A stretch of DNA of 64,000 bases from Spirochaetia bacterium (GTDB lineage: Bacteria > Spirochaetota > Spirochaetia > SZUA-6 > Bin103): positions 256,001 to 320,000 of the forward strand of contig CBDBOV010000004.1 in the NCBI GenBank assembly GCA_965208575.1, read 5' to 3'. How positions within the stretch are numbered: position 1 is the stretch's first letter; each line of letters starts with the position of its first letter. A model generated the notes under the pieces. The model made no database searches and had not been told where the DNA came from. It was given only the letters and a program-made list of their open reading frames with translations. Of the stretch, positions 47,559-56,288 are shown one piece after another. Both the position numbers and the translations under genes were made by a program.

Positions 47559-48842
47559 ATGACCAACTTTCGCCAGGCGCTTCGCACCTTCCACCCCGAC
47601 GTGTACCGGTACCTGTTCGCCATGGGCATTGTCGGGTTCAGCTACTTCGGCTTCATAGCGGTGCTGCTCAATCTGTACCTGCTGCGGCTCGGCTACGGCA
47701 CCGACTACATTGGCCTGGTCAACGGCGGCATTGCCTTTGCGTTCGCGGCGTGCTCGCTGCCGGCGGGGGCAATCGGCGGGCGCCTCGGGATGCGCCGTAC
47801 AGCGGCGCTCGGCATGGCACTGGTGGCGGCGGGAGTGACGCTCGTGCCGGTGGCCGGGTCGGTCCTGTCCGGCGCGCCGCGGGACGTGGGCATCATCGCC
47901 ATGCGCGTGCTTTCCGGCATTGGGTTTGCCTTCTACATGGTGAATGCCTATCCCTACCTGGTGGCGGCCACCGGTCCCCGGGAGCGGACCTACGCGTTCG
48001 CCCTCATGTCCGCCTTGCCGCCGCTCACCGGCTTCACCGGCAGCATCGTCTCCGGGGTACTGCCGGGGTGGGTCGCGCCCCTGCTCGGGCTGGATCTGAG
48101 CCACCCGGAACCGTTCGCGGTCGCCCTGATCCTGGCGGGGGTGGTCCTGCTGCCGACCGTTCCCGCGGTGGCGCGCACCAGCGATCGCGAGCCGGCCAAG
48201 CGCGGTTCGCCGCGGGCGGAGCAGATCCGTTCATCGCCCGGCGGAGGCGGACGGAGCGCGGAGGGCGCCCTGTACGCGTTGATCTTCGTGCTCGCCTTCA
48301 CCGCCCTGCTGCGCTCCGCCGGCGAGGGGGCGGCACGCACCTTCATCAACGTCTACCTGGAGGTGGATCTGGCGGCGTCGCCGGCGCGCATCGGGGTGTT
48401 GCTGGCGATCGGAACGGTGGCCGCGGGACCGGCTGCACTGATCGCCCCGGCACTGGCCGCGCGCGCCGGCAAGGTACCGGTGATTGTGATCACCGGTCTG
48501 CTTACCGCTGCCGGCATGGTGATCCTGGCAACCGTCCCGCACTGGGCCGGGGCGGGGCTCGGCTTCACGCTGGTGGTCGGGCTGCGGTCCATCACCCAGT
48601 CGGTGTCCGCGGTGCTGCACATGGAGATCGTGCCCGCGAGCCGGCGCACGGTAACCTCCGGCGTGATGGCGATGGCGATGGGAATGGGCTTCATGTCGAT
48701 CTCGTTCGGCGGCGGCTACCTGATCCCGGCCCTCGGCTTCCCCGGCTTCTACCACCTTGCCACGGCCATCACCGTCGTCAGCGCACTGATCTTCTGGCTC
48801 TACTTCCGCATCCCCCGCGGCGAATACCAGGCACGCCCTTGA
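47559..48842 (+). CDS. MFS transporter (paralog of the upstream gene)
   Basis: Colinear similarity with 46123-47436 (e.g. 'LLNLYLLRLGYGTD', 'HMEIVPASRR', 'SALIFWLYFR'). Confidence 0.9.
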   Translation: MTNFRQALRTFHPDVYRYLFAMGIVGFSYFGFIAVLLNLYLLRLGYGTDYIGLVNGGIAFAFAACSLPAGAIGGRLGMRRTAALGMALVAAGVTLVPVAGSVLSGAPRDVGIIAMRVLSGIGFAFYMVNAYPYLVAATGPRERTYAFALMSALPPLTGFTGSIVSGVLPGWVAPLLGLDLSHPEPFAVALILAGVVLLPTVPAVARTSDREPAKRGSPRAEQIRSSPGGGGRSAEGALYALIFVLAFTALLRSAGEGAARTFINVYLEVDLAASPARIGVLLAIGTVAAGPAALIAPALAARAGKVPVIVITGLLTAAGMVILATVPHWAGAGLGFTLVVGLRSITQSVSAVLHMEIVPASRRTVTSGVMAMAMGMGFMSISFGGGYLIPALGFPGFYHLATAITVVSALIFWLYFRIPRGEYQARP

Positions 48843-48893
48843 CCCCCGAAAGCGAAGTTCGACATCGAGACCAAGAGCTATCGCATGGACAGT

Positions 48894-49082
48894 TCAGTTC
48901 TCATAACGTGCCTCGCGGGGCGATCCACTCTGCGGGCTGGCCTCAGCCAACCGCCTCCGGAGTGCCGCACGGACCACCTCTTGCAACGCCGATTCAACAG
49001 TGTCCTTGACTCCCGAGGTGCCGAGTACTTCCTGAGCCCGCGCAAGCTGCTCTTCGTCGATTTCCAACCACATGTATCTCAT
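48894..49082 (-). CDS. VapB-like antitoxin (orphan)
   Basis: 'LEIDEEQLARAQEVLGTSGVKDTVESALQEVV' matches the VapB pattern 'IDdeLl..A...lG..tkkdtV..AL'. Confidence 0.7.
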   Translation of the reverse strand: MRYMWLEIDEEQLARAQEVLGTSGVKDTVESALQEVVRAALRRRLAEASPQSGSPREARYEN

Positions 49083-49135
49083 GGCCGAAGATTGGCACAC
49101 ATAGCCGGTGTACAAGCCTGATGTCACTACGGACG

Positions 49136-49390
49136 TCACTCCAAATGTGGCGCAACCCGGTCTACCGCCGCATCTCGCGCGGCGTAGATTTCGGACACCA
49201 GTTCGTGGAGTCCTTCATAATCGGAGAGCGCGCCAGCGGCAACGGCCAGGCCGACCGGACAAGACGGTGCTACCGAATCCACTTCATACGGAAGGACCAC
49301 GTCCACTACCGTGCCGCGCCGTACTCGCCGTCTGGCTTGTGCGACGCTGTCGCGCCTCTCGTTCCTTGTCATGCAAGACTGTTGTGCCAC
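49136..49390 (-). CDS. Small hypothetical protein, possibly antitoxin-like or a remnant
   Basis: C-terminal 'GLAVAAGALSDYEGLHELVSEIYAARD' resembles antitoxin tails. Confidence 0.4.
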   Translation of the reverse strand: MAQQSCMTRNERRDSVAQARRRVRRGTVVDVVLPYEVDSVAPSCPVGLAVAAGALSDYEGLHELVSEIYAARDAAVDRVAPHLE

Positions 49391-49399
49391 GAAGAGGCA

Positions 49400-50815
49400 C
49401 TATGTCAAGTCGCCAGAGTCGCCAGCTTCGGAAGCGTGATTCATCGTGCGGAGTTGGTCGATGAGGCGTGGCAGGGTTTCCACGGCGTACAGCGGCAAGG
49501 AAAGCAATTTCAGGGTGACGGGTTGCAGGCCGTTGGCGGTGCGGATGGTGTGGCGGATGGTTTGCAGGCTCGGCGGGTTGGCATCGAAGCGGACGGCCAG
49601 CGGTGGCCGTTTCTCGTGCGCGAACTGCAGCAGGGACTTCATCGAGCCGCTGCGGCCTGCCTTAACCTCGATGGGAATGATCCAATCTCCGCGTGAGATG
49701 ACGTAGTCGACCTCGGCGTTGCCGGTCCGTGCTTGGCGCAGCCAGTAGTGCAGGTCCGGGCGCCGCTCGCCGCCGCCAATAGTCGCCAGTTCCTGCCCAA
49801 CGTACTGTTCGGCGATACTGCCTTCGTTCACCAGGCGGGTCTCGTCCATGGCGTCGACGGTCGGCGCATCGACGCCGCAGAGGTGATTCATCAATCCGAC
49901 ATCCATGAACAGCAGCTTGCAGGTGCGGTGGTCGATGTCGGCGCCGAGGGGCAGGCCCGAGCAATGGCTGTGGACGACGCGGTTGCAGACCCGCGCCTTC
50001 ACCAGCAACTCGATCGCATCGCGCACGTCGCCCGAGCGCGAGTCCGCGTCCAGTGTGTGGTATGCGACCTTGCGCCCCACCGATCCCGGTATGCTGCGAA
50101 ACAGGCGCTGCAGGCGGACAAGTTGAGCGCCTCGGGCGTACTTCGCGAAGTCGTCCTGGTAGGTCTCCGCGATCGAGCGCTGCACGGCCGCCACTTCGAG
50201 GGGCGAGCCTGCCGTCTCCCCGTGTGCCAACACCGCTTCCGGCAGGCCGCCGACCAGCAGGTATTCCCTGCAACGCCGGAGCTGGCGGCGGTGGGCCGCT
50301 TCCGCTGGCGGCGTGTCCAGGTCCAGTGCAGCGAGTTGCTCGGCCGCCCCTGGATCGGTAGCGTTCAGGAACTCGAAGTACGACATTGGGCCCAGGTGCA
50401 GGTACTCGATGCGCCCCACGGGCATGGGGAACGGGTGATCGGCAAGGGTGAACTCCAACAACGAACCCGCCGCCAGGACCGGCAGCTCCGGGCGGTCCTC
50501 GTAGAGATAGCGCAGCGCTTGCAGCGCATGCGGGGCCGCCTGCACCTCGTCGAGAAACAGGATTGACCCTGCCAGCCGGACCCCGCCGACCGCTTCCAGC
50601 TCACGCGTGATGCGCCCGGTGTCCAGGGTCTCGAACACCCGGTCGAGGTAGAGGTTGCGTTCCAGGTTCACTTCGCACAGGCCCATCCCGGAGGCGGCCG
50701 CGAACTGGCGTACGAGCGTCGTCTTGCCTACCTGCCGCGCGCCGCGAAGCACCAGCGGCTTGCGGCGGCGCCGATCAAGCCACCGGTGCAGGACCTGTTC
50801 GGCGAGTCTTTCCAT
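49400..50815 (-). CDS. AAA_14 ATPase with DUF4143 (C-terminal PD-(D/E)xK-like) domain
   Basis: 'GARQVGKT', 'FLDEVQ', 'AAGSLL', 'GGLPE', 'EVDYV...IPIEVKAG'. Confidence 0.93.
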   Translation of the reverse strand: MERLAEQVLHRWLDRRRRKPLVLRGARQVGKTTLVRQFAAASGMGLCEVNLERNLYLDRVFETLDTGRITRELEAVGGVRLAGSILFLDEVQAAPHALQALRYLYEDRPELPVLAAGSLLEFTLADHPFPMPVGRIEYLHLGPMSYFEFLNATDPGAAEQLAALDLDTPPAEAAHRRQLRRCREYLLVGGLPEAVLAHGETAGSPLEVAAVQRSIAETYQDDFAKYARGAQLVRLQRLFRSIPGSVGRKVAYHTLDADSRSGDVRDAIELLVKARVCNRVVHSHCSGLPLGADIDHRTCKLLFMDVGLMNHLCGVDAPTVDAMDETRLVNEGSIAEQYVGQELATIGGGERRPDLHYWLRQARTGNAEVDYVISRGDWIIPIEVKAGRSGSMKSLLQFAHEKRPPLAVRFDANPPSLQTIRHTIRTANGLQPVTLKLLSLPLYAVETLPRLIDQLRTMNHASEAGDSGDLT

Positions 50816-50997
50816 AATACACCCCTATTAGATCATAACCACTGACAATATAGGGGTCTATAATGGACATTGGCCATGGATCCGGCGGCGGTGGGTGGAT
50901 GCGGCGGGAACAAGGCAGCGGCCGCCGGAGGGGCGGCCGCTGCCGATTTGCTTCGCGCTGCTTCCGGGAGGAAGCGGCCCGGTTCTTGTAGGAGGGC

Positions 50998-52959
50998 CTA
51001 CTTGTAGAAGAACTGGGCGGCGAAGTAGTTGAGGTTCAGGGTCTCCTCGAACCAGGGGTGCGGGACTTCGGGCGTGTTGCCGATGTTGGGACGCGCGATG
51101 AACACCATCGGCGACATGCCGACCGTGCCGATCGTGAACAGGTTGTCGGACAGCCACTGGAGGTACTCGGTGCTGGCATCGAGGTACTCCTCGCTGTTGT
51201 AGACCAGGTTGATGCGGTTGCGGCCCATGGTGATCATTTCCTTGATCTCTTCCGGCGGCTCCTCGCCGGGCAGCACGCCGCCTTCGAAGTCCTCCAGCTT
51301 CGCGAGTCCCAGTTGGACCCGCTCGTTGGCATCGATCCACAGCCACCACGTCGGCGCACGCCAACTGAAGCCGAACGTATAGCGCGACAGGAAGGTGTAC
51401 ATCTCGATGCCGTGCACCGGCCCGCTGGTCACGTCGGTGTCCGGCGACCGCCGGCGCTCGCCCCAGATGTTGCCGCCCACTTCCTTGACCTGCACCTCGA
51501 AGCCCAGGTCTTCCCAGAACTCCTTGACCAGCTCGTGGCCGAGCGCAATACCCTGGTGGATGATCGACGAATACTCGATGGTGAGCAGGATCTTGCGGCC
51601 CTCGGAGTCACGCCGCAGGCCGTCCGAGCCGCGGGCCAGACCGATTTCGTCGAGCATGCGGTTGGCCTCGTCCGGATCGTAGCGGGCATAGGGGTTGGTC
51701 TCCGCCCACTCCGACTGGTAGTAGCTGGTGCCGGGCAGCACCGAGGCCTGGCGCGGCGTTGCGAAGCCGGAGAACGCGACGCGATTGATCTCGTCGCGGT
51801 CGATGCCGAGCGACATTGCCTGCCGGAACTTGATGTTGTTGTACAGCTCGCGGCGCACCGGATCGGTGTGGTTGAGGTTGAAGCCGTACGACGCCTCGTT
51901 GCCCTCGACCCCCGGGATCAGCTTGACCACGTAGTTGCCGGCCGCCTCGTTCTGCTTGTACAGGGTGTAGTTGTCCAGCGTGGCGGAGAGGAAGGCGACG
52001 TCGGCCTCGCCGGCGATGATCTTCAGGTCGTAGGTCTCCTTCTCGACCAGCTCGGAGACGATCCGGTCGGCGTAGGGGAGCTGGTTGCCGGCCTGGTCCA
52101 CCTGGTGGAAGAAGGGGTTGCGCACGAAGGCGCGGATCGTGGTGGTCTGCTCGGTGAACATCCACGGATCCACGCGCGGCCGGTTGATATCATGGGTGGG
52201 CCGGAAGCTGGCGTGATTGTTGAACGCCTCGCCCCAGTTCTCGAAGCCCTCCTCCTTGGCGACCGCGTTGGCATCTTCGTTGTACGCGATGTGCCACTTG
52301 CTCAGGTAGTGCTTGGGGCTGTACAGCATCCAGTCGGTAGAGCGCCAGTGCACCATGTCGAGCAGGAACGCCGGGAACGGGCGGTTGAATTCGTAGCGCA
52401 CCGTATAGTCGTCCACCGCCACCACGTTTTCGATCTGGGAACGGATGCCCCAGGTCTCCACCTCTTCCTGCTTGAACATGTCGTAGAACTTGAAGGTGAA
52501 GTCATGCGCGGTGTACGGCGCGCCGTCCGACCACTTCATGCCCTCGCGCAGGAACAGGGTCAGGCTCATGTTGTCCGGTGCAAGCAGGTAGTCCTTGGCC
52601 ACGTCGGGGCCGATCTGGCCGTCCGCGCCCATGCGCAGCAGCGTCGGGCCGCGGCTCGGCTCCTCGGTCAGGTCGTTCCACGGCGAGTTGTTGGTGGCGA
52701 ACACGAAGAACGTACCGCCGTAGTTGCCTACCTCGGCCACCTCCAGCACCATCGGCTCGACCGGCAGCCGCTCGTCGACCGGCGGCAGTTCGCCGCTCGC
52801 CACCATCTTGGCGAGCATCGGCGCCTCGTTGTAGGTGCCGCTCGCCACCGTGGCCGTGGTTGTTACGCCGCCGCCCTCCTCCTGGCCGCCGGCCCATGCC
52901 GTGCCAGTAATCAACAGCGCCGCCGTCACCAGCGACGCCAGGAACAATCGCTCTTTCAC
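50998..52959 (-). CDS. ABC transporter solute-binding protein, family 5 (peptide/nickel type)
   Basis: 'EAPML...GELPPVDERLP', 'KWSDGAPYTAHDF', 'DQAGNQLPYAD', 'FRQAMSLGIDRDEI'. Confidence 0.93.
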   Translation of the reverse strand: MKERLFLASLVTAALLITGTAWAGGQEEGGGVTTTATVASGTYNEAPMLAKMVASGELPPVDERLPVEPMVLEVAEVGNYGGTFFVFATNNSPWNDLTEEPSRGPTLLRMGADGQIGPDVAKDYLLAPDNMSLTLFLREGMKWSDGAPYTAHDFTFKFYDMFKQEEVETWGIRSQIENVVAVDDYTVRYEFNRPFPAFLLDMVHWRSTDWMLYSPKHYLSKWHIAYNEDANAVAKEEGFENWGEAFNNHASFRPTHDINRPRVDPWMFTEQTTTIRAFVRNPFFHQVDQAGNQLPYADRIVSELVEKETYDLKIIAGEADVAFLSATLDNYTLYKQNEAAGNYVVKLIPGVEGNEASYGFNLNHTDPVRRELYNNIKFRQAMSLGIDRDEINRVAFSGFATPRQASVLPGTSYYQSEWAETNPYARYDPDEANRMLDEIGLARGSDGLRRDSEGRKILLTIEYSSIIHQGIALGHELVKEFWEDLGFEVQVKEVGGNIWGERRRSPDTDVTSGPVHGIEMYTFLSRYTFGFSWRAPTWWLWIDANERVQLGLAKLEDFEGGVLPGEEPPEEIKEMITMGRNRINLVYNSEEYLDASTEYLQWLSDNLFTIGTVGMSPMVFIARPNIGNTPEVPHPWFEETLNLNYFAAQFFYK

Positions 52960-53038
52960 GATGTTTCTCCTTGTAGAAATTCCGCAAGATCTGCCGGCGC
53001 CCGTCGCCCGCAACCGTCGTCTACGGTAGTACCGAATC

Positions 53039-54223
53039 TTACATGTGTCGAGTGGCATAGGGGTCGGCCACGTCGCGCAGGCCGTCGCCGACCACGTTGA
53101 AGCACAGCACCGTGAACACCACGAACAGCGCCGGCAGCAGCAGCCACTCGTTGAGCGCCACCGTGCGTATGTTCTGCGCCTGCTGCAGCATCACGCCCCA
53201 ACTTATCACCGGCGGGCGCAGCCCGATGCCGAGAAAGCTGAGCGTGGTTTCGCCCAGGATCATGTAGGGAATCGCCAGGGTCAGGTGGACGATCAGGTAG
53301 CTCATGAAGCCGGGCAGCAGGTGGCGGAGGATGATGGTAAACTCCTTGGCCCCCGCGATCCCGGCCGCCATCACGAAGTCCTCGACGCGGAGCTGCAGGA
53401 TCTTGCCGCGCACCACGCGCGCCAGCTCGGTCCAGCCCACGATGGACAGGATCAGGGTGATCATGAAGTAGGTGCGCAGCACCGGCCACTCGGTCGGCAC
53501 CGCCGCCGCCAGCGCCATCCACAGCGGAATCGACGGCAGCGACTGCAGGAACTCGATGATCCGCTGCACGATCATGTCCACCGTGCCGCCGAAAAACCCG
53601 GAGGCGCCGCCGAGCAGGCAGCCGAGCACAAAGCTGATCGCCACCCCGACCAGGCCGATGGACAGAGACACGCGGGCGCCCTGCAATACGCGCGAGTACA
53701 TGTCGCGTCCGAGCCGGTCGGTGCCGAGCGGGAAGAAGGCGCCTGGCTCGTCCACCCCCATCAGGTGCAGCCGGCTCGGAAACAGTCCGAGGAACCGGTA
53801 CTCGTGGCCCTGGACAAAAAAGCGGATCGGAAACACCTGCGTGCGATCCAACACGTAGGTCTTGGCGAGCGTCTCCGGGTCTATTTCCTGGTTGAGGCCA
53901 TACACGAACGGGCGCTGCAGGCCGCCATCGTGGAAGATCCGCACCCGCGTCGGCGGCGTGAACTCGTAGTCGGTATTGCGTTCGAAGGTGTCGGCCACCG
54001 CGAAGAAGCCCGCGAACGCCGCCAGGGCGTAAATCACCAGCAGTATGACGGTGCCGGCCACGGCCAGCTTGTGCTTCAGGAACCGGCGCCGCATCAGCGT
54101 CCAGCTCGAGGCCAGGAAGTAGCGCTCCTCCTCGGCGGTTTCGGCGGCGCCGGCGGTCTCGAAACCGGCCGGCGGAAGGTGTGTATCCTGGGGGCTGAAG
54201 TCGGGGTTGAGGTCGGTACTCAT
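53039..54223 (-). CDS. ABC transporter permease (OppC/DppC-like)
   Basis: 'LGTDRLGRDMYSR', 'ETTLSFLGIG', 'GDGLRDVADPY'. Confidence 0.95.
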   Translation of the reverse strand: MSTDLNPDFSPQDTHLPPAGFETAGAAETAEEERYFLASSWTLMRRRFLKHKLAVAGTVILLVIYALAAFAGFFAVADTFERNTDYEFTPPTRVRIFHDGGLQRPFVYGLNQEIDPETLAKTYVLDRTQVFPIRFFVQGHEYRFLGLFPSRLHLMGVDEPGAFFPLGTDRLGRDMYSRVLQGARVSLSIGLVGVAISFVLGCLLGGASGFFGGTVDMIVQRIIEFLQSLPSIPLWMALAAAVPTEWPVLRTYFMITLILSIVGWTELARVVRGKILQLRVEDFVMAAGIAGAKEFTIILRHLLPGFMSYLIVHLTLAIPYMILGETTLSFLGIGLRPPVISWGVMLQQAQNIRTVALNEWLLLPALFVVFTVLCFNVVGDGLRDVADPYATRHM

Positions 54224-54233
54224 GCCGGACTTC

Positions 54234-55232
54234 TCACGCGCGGGCCGCCGCGCCGAAGCGGATGCGGGGGTCGATGGTCACCAGCAGGAGATCGGAGATC
54301 AGGGTGCCGACCATCGCCAGGCCGCCGAGCATCATCACCATGCTGCCGGCCAGGTACATGTCCTGATCGGTGAGCGCGAGTATGAGCAGCGGGCCGATGG
54401 TGGGCAGGCCGAGCACGATCGACACCAGCACCTCGCCGGACACGATGAACGGCAGCAGTCCGCCGATGGAGCTGATGATCGGGTTGATGGCGATGCGCAC
54501 CGGGTACTTGAACAGGATGCGCTGCTCGCGCACGCCCTTGGAACGGGCGGTCACCACGTACTGCTTGGCGAGCTCGTCGAGCAGCGAGCCGCGCAGGACC
54601 CGGATGATCGCCGCGGTGCCGGCGGTGCTGATCACGATCAGCGGCACCGGCAGGTGCTTCGCCAGGTCGACGACCTTGGCGAAGCTCCAGTCCGCCATGA
54701 TGTACTCGCGCGAGAACAGGCCGCCGGGACTCCACCCGAACAGCTTGAAGGTGACGAACATCAGGATCAGCGCGAGCAGGAAGTTGGGCGTGGCCAGGCC
54801 GATGAACCCGAACACCGTGAAGGTGTAGTCGGCGAACGAGTACTGGTGGGTGGCGGAGTAGATGCCGATCGGCACGGCGATCAGGTACACCAGGATGAGG
54901 CTGGAGATGGCGAGCGTGGTGGTGAGCAACAGGCGCTCGCCGATCAGCTTGGTCACCTCCTCGTCCCACTGGAACGAGCGCCCCATGTCGCCCTGCAGCA
55001 GGTTGAACAGCCAGGTCATGTACTGGCCCATGAACGGGCGGTCGAGGCCGTAGCGTTTCTTGAGATCGGCGATGGTCTCGGCGTCGATGGTCATGCCGCG
55101 GTTCTCCATGTTGATCACCAGGGTGGACAGGAAGTCTCCCGGCGGAAGCTGGATGATCACGAACGACACGAACGACAGGATGAGCAGCAGCACGAACATG
55201 TAGAAGATGCGGCGTACGATGTAGCTGGCCAT
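54234..55232 (-). CDS. ABC transporter permease (OppB/DppB-like)
   Basis: 'QLPPGD', 'YVVTARSKG', 'SDLLLVTIDPRIR'. Confidence 0.95.
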   Translation of the reverse strand: MASYIVRRIFYMFVLLLILSFVSFVIIQLPPGDFLSTLVINMENRGMTIDAETIADLKKRYGLDRPFMGQYMTWLFNLLQGDMGRSFQWDEEVTKLIGERLLLTTTLAISSLILVYLIAVPIGIYSATHQYSFADYTFTVFGFIGLATPNFLLALILMFVTFKLFGWSPGGLFSREYIMADWSFAKVVDLAKHLPVPLIVISTAGTAAIIRVLRGSLLDELAKQYVVTARSKGVREQRILFKYPVRIAINPIISSIGGLLPFIVSGEVLVSIVLGLPTIGPLLILALTDQDMYLAGSMVMMLGGLAMVGTLISDLLLVTIDPRIRFGAAARA

Positions 55233-55372
55233 TTTTTGTCGGGGCGCAGTGTACGCGGCCGCGTAAAATGATGCCAGTGGCAGCGCCGTCCGCCCCCGTC
55301 CTCCGCGGGCCGCCCGGCGGAGCGCCCCTGAGCGGGTTACCGCGTGACCGGATGCGCGGTAAGGTTCAGCCC

Positions 55373-56281
55373 ATGACGCGCATGATCATAGACTGCGATC
55401 CCGGCCTCGACGACGCCATTGCCCTGATCCTCGCCCACCACTGTGCCGAGGTGGTCGGGATCACGACGGTGAGCGGCAACGTGCCGCTGGCGGCCACCAC
55501 GGCCAACGCGCTGATGCTCACCGCCATGCTCGCTGTGCCCACGCCGGTGCACGGCGGCGCCGCGGGGCCGCTCGTCGGTGAGCCCACCTATGCGCCGCAC
55601 GTGCACGGCGAGTCGGGCATGGGCGACTTCGAACCGCCTGACCACGACCGCACGGCAGCCGGCGACGACGCGGTGTCCTACCTGCTGGACGCGGCGGCGC
55701 CGGACGTGTGGGTGGTGGCGGTGGGGCCGCTGACCAACCTGGCGCTGGCCATCGAGCGCGATCCGGACTGGGTGAAGCGCATCGCCGGCATCTCGATCAT
55801 GGGCGGCAGCACCGCGGGCGGCAACGTGACCGCGGCGGCCGAATTCAATATCTACGCCGACCCGGAAGCGGCGGCGCGGGTGTTCGCCTCCGGCGCCGAC
55901 ATCGTCATGTGCGGCTTGAACCTGACCCACCAGGTGATGACCAGCGATGCGCTGGTCGCCGACCTGCGCGCCGGCGGCGCGCCGCTGGAACGGTTCGCCG
56001 CCGGGGTGTTCGACTACCTGCACGGGGTGATGGCCGATCTGCTCGGCCAACGCGCCACGGCGCTGCACGACCCGTGCGCCGTGCTGGCTGCCACCCACCC
56101 CGAACTGTTCGAATTCACGCCGCGGGCGGTCGGCGTCGAGCTGGCAGGCTCCCTCACCCGCGGCATGACCGTGGTGGACGAGCGCCCGAGCCACCTGGGC
56201 CCGCCGGCCAACGTCCGGGTGGCCTACCGCATCGACGCGCAACGCGCCATGGCGCTGGTCAGGGAGTCGCTACGCGCCTGA
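55373..56281 (+). CDS. Nucleoside hydrolase (IUNH family)
   Basis: 'DCDPGLDDA', 'GPLTNLA', 'AEFNIYADPEAA', 'LHDP'. Confidence 0.95.
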   Translation: MTRMIIDCDPGLDDAIALILAHHCAEVVGITTVSGNVPLAATTANALMLTAMLAVPTPVHGGAAGPLVGEPTYAPHVHGESGMGDFEPPDHDRTAAGDDAVSYLLDAAAPDVWVVAVGPLTNLALAIERDPDWVKRIAGISIMGGSTAGGNVTAAAEFNIYADPEAAARVFASGADIVMCGLNLTHQVMTSDALVADLRAGGAPLERFAAGVFDYLHGVMADLLGQRATALHDPCAVLAATHPELFEFTPRAVGVELAGSLTRGMTVVDERPSHLGPPANVRVAYRIDAQRAMALVRESLRA

Positions 56282-56288
56282 ATCTCCC

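Noticed and set aside
51058-53100. Long antisense ORFs, here and e.g. 15-1439, 29647-31458, 45289-47499, 56748-58400
   Set aside because: Shadow ORFs expected from high GC3 codon bias; no recognisable motifs
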